Assembly: GCF_037132785.1 (NCBI RefSeq)
Contig: NZ_JBAHZZ010000115.1
Coordinates: forward strand, 1-55,460
Reading direction: 5' to 3'
Source of the DNA: Flavicella sp.
GTDB lineage: Bacteria; Bacteroidota; Bacteroidia; Flavobacteriales; Flavobacteriaceae
DNA length: 55,460 nucleotides
In this document: piece after piece, positions 10,147-19,020 of the stretch
Position numbering within the stretch: the first letter of the stretch is position 1
Layout: each line of letters starts with the position of its first letter
Program-made: the position numbers and the translations under genes
Notes under the pieces: model-generated
Told to the model about the DNA's origin: nothing
What the model saw: only the letters and a program-made list of their open reading frames with translations
The model's database searches: none

Positions 10147-10178
10147 TTTGAATTATAATAAATAAACAATTACATTTG
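10147..10178 (+). promoter_or_regulatory. Bacteroidota primary-sigma promoter of the phe/tyr operon
   Basis: TTTG (10147-10150), 20-nt spacer, TACATTTG (10171-10178), matching the TTTG/TAnnTTTG consensus. Confidence 0.75.
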
Positions 10179-10195
10179 CCGCACAGTTTAAGATA

Positions 10196-10276
10196 ATGAA
10201 AAATACATTTACATATAATAGTTTCTATTTCTTCTTTTATTTTTTTAAAAGAGAAGAGACTTTCTGTGTATTGTAA
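10196..10276 (+). CDS. Phe/Tyr-rich leader peptide MKNTFTYNSFYFFFYFFKREETFCVL (26 aa)
   Basis: Translated by hand: eight consecutive Phe/Tyr codons at 10223-10246; lies between the promoter and the attenuator hairpin upstream of pheA. Confidence 0.88.
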   Translation: MKNTFTYNSFYFFFYFFKREETFCVL

Positions 10277-10329
10277 AAATAAGAATAAGTAATACAATAT
10301 AGAAAGTCTCGAGAAATCGAGACTTTTTT
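10223..10329 (+). promoter_or_regulatory. Ribosome-mediated transcription attenuator
   Basis: GAGACTTTCT (10256-10265) is the exact complement of AGAAAGTCTC (10301-10310), which overlaps the left arm of the terminator, so the two structures exclude each other. Confidence 0.85.
10303..10329 (+). terminator. Attenuator terminator
   Basis: AAAGTCTCGA-GAAA-TCGAGACTTT perfect stem, GNRA loop, T6 run. Confidence 0.9.
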
Positions 10330-10352
10330 GTGTTTATATATCTATTGAAAAT

Positions 10353-11165
10353 ATGAAAATAGCCATTCAAGGAATTAAAGGATCTTACCATCATATTGTT
10401 GCCGAACATTATTTTGGGAAAAACAATGAAATGGAAGAATGTATGACCTTTGCAGAAATGCCAGATAAAGTCTTATCTGAGTCTGTAGATATAGCAGTTA
10501 TGGCGATAGAAAATTCTATTGCAGGTGCTATTTTACCAAATTACGTCTTGATAGATGAAGCGAATTTAAATGTTGTTGGAGAGTATTATTTACCAATACA
10601 TCATAATTTAATGGCGTTGAAAGGACAGAAAATTTCTGATATAAAAGAAGTGTATTCTCATCCAATGGCATTGTTGCAGTGTCGAAAATTTTTCAGACAA
10701 TATCCTCACATAAATCTAATTCAGGATAGGGATACAGCTGATGTAGCTAAAAGAATTACGGACAAGCAATTAAGAGGTGTTGCTGCTGTTGCAAGTAGTT
10801 TGGCTGCGGAAATTTATGGTTTGGAAATATTGGCGTCAGAAATTCAAACAATAAAAAATAACCAGACGAGGTTTGTAATAGTTGAGAAAAAAGGAAAAGA
10901 TATCGTTGAGTTTCCAACAAAAGCCTCTATAAAATTCGTATTAAAAGATAAGAGTGGTTCGTTAGGAGAAGTATTGATAGAATTGGCAAATCATAAGGTT
11001 AATTTATCAAAAATTCAGTCTTTGCCAATTATCGATAAGCCATGGGAATATGCTTTTTTTGCCGATTTGGTTTTTATAGATTATATAGAATATAAAAATG
11101 CACTGAAAGATATTAGAACAAAAGTATCTAGTTGTAAAGTGCTAGGAGAATATAAAAAGAGTTAA
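10353..11165 (+). CDS. pheA: Prephenate dehydratase
   Basis: IQGIKGSYH, AIENSIAG, SHPMALLQC, NQTRF, C-terminal ACT domain NLSKIQSLP. Confidence 0.93.
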   Translation: MKIAIQGIKGSYHHIVAEHYFGKNNEMEECMTFAEMPDKVLSESVDIAVMAIENSIAGAILPNYVLIDEANLNVVGEYYLPIHHNLMALKGQKISDIKEVYSHPMALLQCRKFFRQYPHINLIQDRDTADVAKRITDKQLRGVAAVASSLAAEIYGLEILASEIQTIKNNQTRFVIVEKKGKDIVEFPTKASIKFVLKDKSGSLGEVLIELANHKVNLSKIQSLPIIDKPWEYAFFADLVFIDYIEYKNALKDIRTKVSSCKVLGEYKKS

Positions 11166-11169
11166 AGTG

Positions 11170-12321
11170 ATGATTTTAAAGGCAAATAGACTGAATGATG
11201 TTAAAGAATATTATTTTTCTAAAAAATTAAGAGAGGTAGGTAAATTAATGGCTGAAGGAAAGCCAATTATAAGTTTGGGAATTGGAAGTCCGGATCTAAG
11301 TCCTCCAGCAGAAGTACTGGATGCGTTGACGTCGTCGTTGAGTGATACCATGGCGCATGGATATAAAAGTTATCAAGGAATTCCTGAATTGAGAGCAGCG
11401 ATGTCTGGTTTTTATAAGACATATTATGATGTGGAAGTAAATCCTGTAAATGAGATATTACCTCTTATGGGATCTAAGGAAGGAATAATGCATATTTCTA
11501 TGGCTTTTTTAAATGAAGGGGATCAAGTTTTAATTCCAAATCCAGGATATCCTACCTATAGTTCGGTTACAAAATTAGTAGGAGCAGAAGTACTTCAGTA
11601 TAATTTGACTGAAGAGAGTGGTTGGTTGCCGAATTATTCTGAGATAGAGCAAAATGATTTGTCTAAAGTTAAGATTATGTGGGTCAATTATCCTCATATG
11701 CCTACAGGAACTAAAGCGACAGATAAACTGTTTATTGAATTGATTGCATTTGCCAAAAAACACAATATATTAATTGTAAATGACAATCCTTATAGTTTTA
11801 TTTTGAATGATAACCCTAAAAGTATTTTTCAATATAAAGGAGCAAAAGATGTTGCTTTAGAATTAAATTCCTTGAGTAAATCTTTTAATATGGCTGGTTG
11901 GCGAGTAGGTATGGTTTTAGGAGCAGATAAATATTTGACAGAATTGTTAAAAGTGAAAAGTAATATGGATTCTGGAATGTTTTATGGAGTTCAAAAAGGA
12001 GCAATCAAAGCCTTAGGTTTAACAGGAAATTGGTTTGAGACATTGAACAAAGCTTATGAGAAAAGAAGAACTTTGATTTGGAAGATCTTAATAGCTTTAA
12101 ATTGTGAGTTTAATAAAGAAAGCGAAGGTTTGTTTGTTTGGGCAAAGTTGCCTAGTGGAATATCATCAGAACAAATGACAGATAAAATGTTATATGAAAA
12201 AGATGTTTTTTTAACTCCAGGAACTGTATTTGGTTCTAATGGAGAAGGTTATATAAGGTTGTCGTTATGTGTTCCAGAAGAGAAGTTGAAAGAAGTTTTA
12301 CAAAGAGTTTCTATAGTTTAG
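11170..12321 (+). CDS. PLP-dependent class I/II aminotransferase (probably aromatic amino acid)
   Basis: GSKEG, PNPGYP, NYPHMPTG, SLSKSFNMAGWRVG, GEGYIR; context within the phe/tyr operon. Confidence 0.88.
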   Translation: MILKANRLNDVKEYYFSKKLREVGKLMAEGKPIISLGIGSPDLSPPAEVLDALTSSLSDTMAHGYKSYQGIPELRAAMSGFYKTYYDVEVNPVNEILPLMGSKEGIMHISMAFLNEGDQVLIPNPGYPTYSSVTKLVGAEVLQYNLTEESGWLPNYSEIEQNDLSKVKIMWVNYPHMPTGTKATDKLFIELIAFAKKHNILIVNDNPYSFILNDNPKSIFQYKGAKDVALELNSLSKSFNMAGWRVGMVLGADKYLTELLKVKSNMDSGMFYGVQKGAIKALGLTGNWFETLNKAYEKRRTLIWKILIALNCEFNKESEGLFVWAKLPSGISSEQMTDKMLYEKDVFLTPGTVFGSNGEGYIRLSLCVPEEKLKEVLQRVSIV

Positions 12322-12343
12322 GAATTTTTGAAAGAGATATAAA

Positions 12344-13201
12344 ATGAAGAATAAAGTTGCCATTATAGGGTTAGGATTGATCGGTGGATCTTTGGCATTA
12401 GAGTTGAAAAAACATTTCGATTGGACTGTTTTTGGAATTGATTCAAGTGCTGAAAACGCGAAAAAAGCATTGATTTTGGGCGTTATTGACGAGGTTTCTG
12501 ACTTTTCTATTATTGAAAGTGCTGATATTGTTGTCATTGCAGTGCCTGTTAATTATGGACCACAATTGGTTTTAAAAGTTTTAAATACAATTAAAAAAGA
12601 TGCACTAGTGTTTGATGTAGGTTCTACTAAAGAATACATATGTAAAAAAGTTGTAAAGCATTCAAAAAGAGTTAATTTTGTCGCCGTTCATCCAATTGCC
12701 GGAACTGAGTTTTCTGGTCCTGAAGCAGCAATCTATAATTTGTTCGATGGAAAGGTAAATATCATTTGCGATAAAGAGTTGAGCAGTGAGAAGTCTATTG
12801 AAAAAACGATGACAATTTTTAATAGATTAAACATGAGAACTATTTTTATGAATAGTAGAGAACATGACAAGCATATCGCTTATGTTTCTCATCTGTCTCA
12901 CATTAGTTCTTTTATGTTAGGGAAAACAGTTTTGGAAATTGAAAAAAACGAAAAAAATATTTTTGATATGGCGGGGAGTGGATTTGAATCTACCGTTCGT
13001 TTGGCAAAAAGTTCTCCTGAAATGTGGTCACCAATTTTTGTGGGTAACAAAACAAACATTTTAACATCTTTGGAAGGCTTTATTAAAAACCTTCAAGAAT
13101 TTAAAGAAATGATCGAAAATGAAGATACAGAAGCATTGCGAAATTCAATGTCGGAAACGAATTATATAAAAGAAATATTAAACGGAATTAAAAAACAATA
13201 A
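12344..13201 (+). CDS. tyrA: Prephenate dehydrogenase
   Basis: GLGLIGGS, DVGSTK, HPIAGTE, HD..IAYVSHLSH, TVRLA.S.PEMW. Confidence 0.93.
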   Translation: MKNKVAIIGLGLIGGSLALELKKHFDWTVFGIDSSAENAKKALILGVIDEVSDFSIIESADIVVIAVPVNYGPQLVLKVLNTIKKDALVFDVGSTKEYICKKVVKHSKRVNFVAVHPIAGTEFSGPEAAIYNLFDGKVNIICDKELSSEKSIEKTMTIFNRLNMRTIFMNSREHDKHIAYVSHLSHISSFMLGKTVLEIEKNEKNIFDMAGSGFESTVRLAKSSPEMWSPIFVGNKTNILTSLEGFIKNLQEFKEMIENEDTEALRNSMSETNYIKEILNGIKKQ

Positions 13202-13267
13202 TATAAACAAAAAGCAGGAACGATAACAATCCCTTTTTGTTATCAAACTTAGAAACACTAGATTAAA

Positions 13268-14350
13268 ATGGAAAACACGAAAGAATTCAGAACTTGGTTA
13301 GACGATATGCAATTAGACCATCCATTGGTGATTGCTGGACCTTGTAGTGCAGAAACAGAAGAGCAAGTATTAAAAATTGCTCATGAATTAAAAAACACAG
13401 ATGCTACTGTTTTTAGAGCAGGTGTATGGAAGCCAAGAACAAGACCAGGAGGTTTTGAAGGAGTAGGTGCTGTTGCATTGCCTTGGTTACAAAGAGTAAG
13501 AAAAGAAACAGGAATGAAAATTGCTGTAGAGGTTGCAAATTTAGCTCATGTAAAATTAGCTTTAGAAGCAGATATCGATATTCTTTGGTTAGGAGCTAGA
13601 ACAACAGTTAACCCTTTTGCTGTTCAAGAAATTGCTGATGCGTTAAACGGGACAGATAAAATTGTTTTGGTGAAAAATCCAATCAATCCAGATTTAGCTT
13701 TATGGTTAGGTGGTGTTGAGCGTTTACATACAGCGAACATTAAAAATTTAGGAGTGATTCACAGAGGGTTCTCTTCTTATAAAAAGACAAGTTATAGAAA
13801 CGTACCTCAATGGCAATTACCTATTGAGTTAAAACAACGTTTTCCGGATTTACCAATAATCAATGATCCATCTCATATTTGTGGAAATAGAACAGGAATT
13901 GAAGGAATTTCTCAAATAGCCTTAGATTTAAATTTTGAAGGCTTGATGATTGAAACTCATGTAGATCCAGATAATGCATGGTCAGATGCTGCGCAACAAA
14001 TTACTCCAGGTCGTTTGGTAGAAATCATGGATGATTTGAAAGTAAGAGAACCAAAAGCAGAAGGAGAAGCTTTAAATCAATTGACAGAATTAAGAGCTGA
14101 AATCGACGTAATTGACAATCATATTTTAGATACTTTAGCCGAGAGAATGAAAGTTGTTGAGAAAATAGGTGAAGTGAAAAAAGGAAAAAACATCTCTATT
14201 TTACAAGATGATAGATGGGCAACTATTTTAGAAACTGTTAAAAAAGAAGCTGTAGTTAGAGGTTTGAGTGATGCTTTTGTTGAATTTATTTTTAAAGCAA
14301 TTCACCAAGAGTCTATAAATCACCAAGAAACAATTGTGACAGGTAAATAA
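13268..14350 (+). CDS. Bifunctional DAHP synthase / chorismate mutase
   Basis: IAGPCSAE, WKPRT, GARTT, HRGF, DPSH, WSDAAQQ; C-terminal AroQ-type LRAEID.ID...R...SI. Confidence 0.92.
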   Translation: MENTKEFRTWLDDMQLDHPLVIAGPCSAETEEQVLKIAHELKNTDATVFRAGVWKPRTRPGGFEGVGAVALPWLQRVRKETGMKIAVEVANLAHVKLALEADIDILWLGARTTVNPFAVQEIADALNGTDKIVLVKNPINPDLALWLGGVERLHTANIKNLGVIHRGFSSYKKTSYRNVPQWQLPIELKQRFPDLPIINDPSHICGNRTGIEGISQIALDLNFEGLMIETHVDPDNAWSDAAQQITPGRLVEIMDDLKVREPKAEGEALNQLTELRAEIDVIDNHILDTLAERMKVVEKIGEVKKGKNISILQDDRWATILETVKKEAVVRGLSDAFVEFIFKAIHQESINHQETIVTGK

Positions 14351-14379
14351 ATTCCTGTAGGATTGTCTTGAATCGTTAT

Positions 14380-14427
14380 AAAATACCACAAGTTTCTCAA
14401 TTTATTTGAGAGCTTTGTGGTATTTTT
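14380..14427 (+). terminator. Intrinsic terminator after the aromatic amino acid operon
   Basis: AAAATACCACAA...TTGTGGTATTTT long stem with inner CTCAA/TTGAG and a T-run. Confidence 0.7.
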
Positions 14428-14502
14428 GCTTTTAGGTACCTTTCGTATCTAAGATAAAAAAGTATAACAGAGCTGGTAACAGTTTAAATTAGCTAATAAT
14501 GT

Positions 14503-15450
14503 ATGAATGGAGTTGTAGTAAAATCTACAGGTAGTTGGTATCATGTACGAACAAAATCGGGAAAATTACACAAATGTAGAATTCGAGGTAAATTTCGTAT
14601 GGAGGGTATTAAAAGTACAAATCCTGTCTCTGTTGGAGATGTGGTAGATTTCGACTTGGAACCTAATAAGGAAACTGGGGTTATTATAAAAATTCATGAA
14701 AGATCAAATTATATAGTACGTAAATCAGTAAACCTTTCTAAGCGGACACATATCATTGCATCTAACATAGATATGGCATTTTTATTGGTGACTATTGATA
14801 ACCCTCCTACAACAACAAGTTTTATTGATCGATTTTTAGTCTCTGCTCAAGCTTACCATATTCCAGTAACTATTTTATTTAATAAGGTTGATTCTTACGG
14901 TGAAGAATCGAAAGAATTAAAAGATGAACTTGAAGAAATTTACACATCTATTGGGTACGAGTGTATTGAGATTTCAGCCATAAAAGGTGTAAAAATAGAT
15001 AAGGTTAAGCAATTGATGAAGGGGAAAGTTACCTTGTTTTCTGGGCATTCAGGTGTTGGAAAATCAACTTTAGTAAATGCCATTGAACCGAGTTTGAATT
15101 TAAAAACTTTAGAGTTATCTGAGCAGCACAATCAAGGACAACATACTACAACTTTTGCAGAAATGCATTCTTTAAGTTTTGGTGGGTATATAATAGATAC
15201 ACCTGGAATAAAAGGTTTTGGAATAGTTGATTTTGAAGAGGACGATATCTCAGGTTATTTTCCTGAATTTTTCAAACTTAAGGGAGAGTGTAAGTATCAT
15301 AATTGTAAACATCTTGATGAACCTAAATGTGCTATCAAAGAAGGTTTAGAAGATGATAGGATCGCAGCTTCAAGATATTTTAGTTATGTTCAAATAATGC
15401 AAGGAGAAGAAGAACATTTTAGACAAGATATTTATACTCCTAAAAAATAA
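14503..15450 (+). CDS. rsgA: Ribosome small subunit-dependent GTPase A
   Basis: NKVD, GHSGVGKS, GQHTTT, DTPG, C-terminal CKYHNCKHLDEPKC. Confidence 0.96.
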   Translation: MNGVVVKSTGSWYHVRTKSGKLHKCRIRGKFRMEGIKSTNPVSVGDVVDFDLEPNKETGVIIKIHERSNYIVRKSVNLSKRTHIIASNIDMAFLLVTIDNPPTTTSFIDRFLVSAQAYHIPVTILFNKVDSYGEESKELKDELEEIYTSIGYECIEISAIKGVKIDKVKQLMKGKVTLFSGHSGVGKSTLVNAIEPSLNLKTLELSEQHNQGQHTTTFAEMHSLSFGGYIIDTPGIKGFGIVDFEEDDISGYFPEFFKLKGECKYHNCKHLDEPKCAIKEGLEDDRIAASRYFSYVQIMQGEEEHFRQDIYTPKK

Positions 15451-15451
15451 T

Positions 15452-15904
15452 ATGAAAGCTGTAATCCAAGTTGTAAAAGAGGCCTCTGTTACTATTGATA
15501 ATAAAGTTTATTCTAAAATTAAAAAGGGCTTGTTAGTTTTGGTTGGTGTTGAAGATATGGATGTTGAAGAGGATATTAATTGGCTTTCCAATAAAGTGAC
15601 CAATATGAGGATTTTTACCGATGATTTTGATATTATGAATTTATCTGTAAAAGATGTTGATGGTGAAATTCTTATCATTAGTCAGTTTACTCTTCAAGCG
15701 AGTACTAAAAAAGGGAATAGACCTTCTTATATAAATGCATCTAAACCAAAAATAGCGATTCCGAAATACGAACAGTTTGTTGCTCAGGTAGAAACAGATT
15801 TGGGTAAACAAATAGCTACGGGTGTTTTTGGAGCCGACATGACAGTAACTTTGATAAATGAAGGACCTACAACTATTGTTATTGATTCCAAAGCTAAAAA
15901 TTAA
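15452..15904 (+). CDS. dtd: D-aminoacyl-tRNA deacylase
   Basis: SQFTL, KKGNRPSY, GVFGADM, NEGP.T. Confidence 0.95.
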   Translation: MKAVIQVVKEASVTIDNKVYSKIKKGLLVLVGVEDMDVEEDINWLSNKVTNMRIFTDDFDIMNLSVKDVDGEILIISQFTLQASTKKGNRPSYINASKPKIAIPKYEQFVAQVETDLGKQIATGVFGADMTVTLINEGPTTIVIDSKAKN

Positions 15905-15938
15905 TATTTTATCGATTAAAAATTACAAATAATATACT

Positions 15939-17369
15939 ATGTCTGATACCTCTGAATCGAAAAGTCAATTGAAAATTAATGAAGCGCTAGTTCCAGTTGT
16001 TGTATTAATGTCTTTACTTGCTTTTAATATATTCTTCGCAGATGGAGTTTTATTAGGAGATTATTCTAACCAATTTATATTATTAATAGCAGCGTTTGTT
16101 GGATTGTTAACAGGCTTTAAGAATAACATAAAAACAAGTGTGATAGTGCATGAAATCTATCAAAACTTAAAAAGTGTTTTAGTTCCGGTATTGATTCTTT
16201 TTCTTGTAGGAGCCCTTGCGGGAACTTGGCTAATAAGTGGTGTTATACCAGCTATGGTTTATTATGGACTTCAAGTACTGGATCCAGATATTTTCTTGCC
16301 AGCTGCGGTAATTATCTCTGCAATTATTTCTATAGCAACAGGTAGTTCTTGGACCACCTCTGCAACAGTAGGTATTGCTTTGGTGGGTGTTGGTACGGCT
16401 TTAGGTATTGCGCCAGGTATGGTAGCAGGAGCGGTTATTTCTGGCGCTTATTTTGGCGATAAAATGTCTCCTTTGAGTGATACTACAAATTTGGCCCCGG
16501 CTATGGCAGGAACGGATTTGTTTACACATATCAAATATATGTCTATTACAACCATTCCAACTTTAGTAATAACTTTAATTGTATTTACGCTTATCAGTAT
16601 GAATCTGAATACGACAGGAAGTACAGACTTATCAGACATGCTTTTGGTTATTAAAAACACTTTTTATATTTCACCTTGGCTTTTTGCGGTTCCTATTACT
16701 GTTGTTGCTTTAATTTTATTAAAAGTGAAGCCCTTAATTTCATTGTTATCAGGGGTAGTTTTAGCAGCTGTTTTTGCTGTTGTTTTCCAAGGAGATATAA
16801 CTTTAAGTCTTGCAGATTCAACTTTGGGAGGTATTGTAAAAGCAGTCTTGACAGATATTCAAATTATAACAGATAATGAAGCGTTAAATAAATTATTTTC
16901 TTCGGGAGGAATGAAGGGAATGATTTGGACAATTTTGTTAATTATAAGTGCTATGATTTTTGGAGGTATTATGGATGGAATTGGTGCGCTAGCTTTAGTT
17001 ACGGTCTCTTTATTAAAGATGACTAGCTCTGTATTTGGATTGTTTGCAAGCACAGTAGTCAGTTGCTTAGGTTTAAATTTAATAGCATCAGATCAGTATT
17101 TGGCAATTGTAATTCCTGGAAAAATGTTCAAACAAGCCTATAAAGATAAAAATTTAGCTCCAGAAAATTTAAGTAGAACACTTGAAGATTCTGGAACTGT
17201 GACTTCTGTTTTAATTCCTTGGAATACTTGTGGAGCATATCAATCTTCAGTATTAGGTGTTTCTGTAGCAGATTATTTTGTCTTTGCAATATTTAATTAT
17301 TTGAGTCCTATTACAACTTTGGTCTTTGCCGCTTTTAATATAAAAATAAGACAACTTTTAAACAAATAA
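15939..17369 (+). CDS. nhaC: NhaC-family Na+/H+ antiporter
   Basis: ATGSSWTT, SGAYFGDKMSPLSDTTNLA, LSRTLEDSGT..S.LIPWN. Confidence 0.92.
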   Translation: MSDTSESKSQLKINEALVPVVVLMSLLAFNIFFADGVLLGDYSNQFILLIAAFVGLLTGFKNNIKTSVIVHEIYQNLKSVLVPVLILFLVGALAGTWLISGVIPAMVYYGLQVLDPDIFLPAAVIISAIISIATGSSWTTSATVGIALVGVGTALGIAPGMVAGAVISGAYFGDKMSPLSDTTNLAPAMAGTDLFTHIKYMSITTIPTLVITLIVFTLISMNLNTTGSTDLSDMLLVIKNTFYISPWLFAVPITVVALILLKVKPLISLLSGVVLAAVFAVVFQGDITLSLADSTLGGIVKAVLTDIQIITDNEALNKLFSSGGMKGMIWTILLIISAMIFGGIMDGIGALALVTVSLLKMTSSVFGLFASTVVSCLGLNLIASDQYLAIVIPGKMFKQAYKDKNLAPENLSRTLEDSGTVTSVLIPWNTCGAYQSSVLGVSVADYFVFAIFNYLSPITTLVFAAFNIKIRQLLNK

Positions 17370-17383
17370 CCATAATTTGATCA

Positions 17384-18907
17384 ATGAGAAATCAACTTAC
17401 TGTATTTTTTTTATTTATAGTTTTATGCATTCATGCACAGAAATATTCAGTAGAAACATTTCCGAATAGGTTAAGAATGAGCTGGGAAACTGTTTCAATG
17501 ACTGCTGAACCTGATCTTGGGTTTATTGGAATTGGATATGATTTGTTTCATTTGGTCAATAAAACTAACACCATTTATGTCGGTTTAAGTTCTTATTCTG
17601 CAATTACGGGTATCAGACCTGGTTTAATTACTTTAGGTATGTCTGCTGGTTGGTGTCCACAAATATCAAGAAAAGGTTTATTTCTTGATTTGGGAGCTTT
17701 TTTAGGAGGTGGAGGCGGAGGTGGTGCTGCTGATGGGGGAGGGCTAATTGTACGTCCTCATTTAGATTTAGAACAGAGGTTTGGGAATTTGGGAGTTCGA
17801 TTTGGGGTTTCTAGAATTGATTTTCCTTCTGGAGAAATAACAGGAAATCAAATAAATGTAGGTTTGTCTTTTAGTGGAAATAATTATTTTAAAGTAGAAG
17901 ATTCAGGATATAGATATTTCGATTCTAGTCGTTTAAACACGAATAAATTAAGAGTTGCTTTGGTAGGGACTCAGTACTATAATTTACTGGAAGGATCAGT
18001 GTCATCAAAACCAGATGTTGATAGAATAGGTCTTGTTGGAATACAAGTGGAAAGATCAATCAATCCTTATTTATATGGTCTAATAAAGTTAAGTGGAGCT
18101 ATGTCAGGAGGAACGGATGGTTATATGTCAATCTTTTTTGGAGCAGGTGGTAGGTTACCCGTTGTTAAGAATCGAATAAATATAGAGTCAAGGTTACTAT
18201 TTGGCCCTACTGGAGGTGGTGGAATTGAGTCTGGAGGAGGAGCGACAGTCCAAGCAGAAGCTGGACTTTCTTTAATGTTTGGTAATGGATATGATTTAAA
18301 ACTTATGACAGGTAAAACGTTTTCACCTTGGGGGGATTTTGAAACAAACCATGTAGAAATAGGGCTTGGGAAGTCTTTTGATAGACTTTTTCCTGAAAAA
18401 TCTACAATAGGTATTGACGAATTTGATGTTGATGGAAAAGATTTTACCATTAATAATATGGCATTTACTATTTATAATAGAATCTATTTACCTCCAGAAG
18501 CAACAACTAAAAATGGAACACCATATTTAAATAGCTTTAATTCTTTGGGATTTGAGTTTCAAAAATATATAGGAGAAAAATTCACGATCAATGGAGGAAC
18601 TGTATGGGCTTATCAGGGAGACTATGGAGCTTATGCAGAAGGGTTGTTAGGAGTTACTTATTATCAACCTGTTTTTAGTAAAACTAAATTAGCGTTTAAA
18701 GGAATGTTTGGAGCAGCTGGAGGAGGGGATATTGATCTCGGTTCTGGATTGTTGTTTCAATACGCACTTGGTTTAGAAAGAAGCTTAAATGAACGATGGG
18801 ATTTTGTTTTTTATGTTGGTCAAACACAACCTATTGAAGGTAATTTCAATCCTGTGAGTATTGATGTTGGTTTGAAATTTCATGTGAGTCAATTGTTGAA
18901 AAACTAG
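17384..18907 (+). CDS. Hypothetical outer-membrane protein with three tandem beta-barrel-like repeats
   Basis: Signal peptide; three ~160-aa repeats of amphipathic strands, each with a G..GGG....G.G loop; ends in VGLKFHVSQLLKN. Confidence 0.7.
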   Translation: MRNQLTVFFLFIVLCIHAQKYSVETFPNRLRMSWETVSMTAEPDLGFIGIGYDLFHLVNKTNTIYVGLSSYSAITGIRPGLITLGMSAGWCPQISRKGLFLDLGAFLGGGGGGGAADGGGLIVRPHLDLEQRFGNLGVRFGVSRIDFPSGEITGNQINVGLSFSGNNYFKVEDSGYRYFDSSRLNTNKLRVALVGTQYYNLLEGSVSSKPDVDRIGLVGIQVERSINPYLYGLIKLSGAMSGGTDGYMSIFFGAGGRLPVVKNRINIESRLLFGPTGGGGIESGGGATVQAEAGLSLMFGNGYDLKLMTGKTFSPWGDFETNHVEIGLGKSFDRLFPEKSTIGIDEFDVDGKDFTINNMAFTIYNRIYLPPEATTKNGTPYLNSFNSLGFEFQKYIGEKFTINGGTVWAYQGDYGAYAEGLLGVTYYQPVFSKTKLAFKGMFGAAGGGDIDLGSGLLFQYALGLERSLNERWDFVFYVGQTQPIEGNFNPVSIDVGLKFHVSQLLKN

Positions 18908-18928
18908 ACCTCTGAAATTTATTTTGTT

Positions 18929-18998
18929 GTTAAGACCTCGTTAAAAAAGTTAACAGGAGTTAAAGTTAACTTCAGAACCTTTATGTTTTTTATCTTTG
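18929..18998 (+). promoter_or_regulatory. htrA promoter with a GTTAA repeat array
   Basis: TATCTTTG at 18991-18998; GTTAA at 18929, 18940, 18949, 18959 and 18965. Confidence 0.5.
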
Positions 18999-19020
18999 AG
19001 TAATAATTAAATATTCAAAA

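Noticed and set aside
10094-10297. 67-aa minus-strand ORF upstream of pheA
   Set aside because: Antisense to the promoter and leader peptide, which explain the region better.
11170-12321. Calling the aminotransferase dapL
   Set aside because: Operon context favours an aromatic amino acid role, and specificity cannot be read from the motifs.
14380-14427. ATACC...GGTAT hairpin as another MITE miniature
   Set aside because: Beyond ATACCA the arms do not resemble the element termini, and its position and T-tail fit an ordinary terminator.
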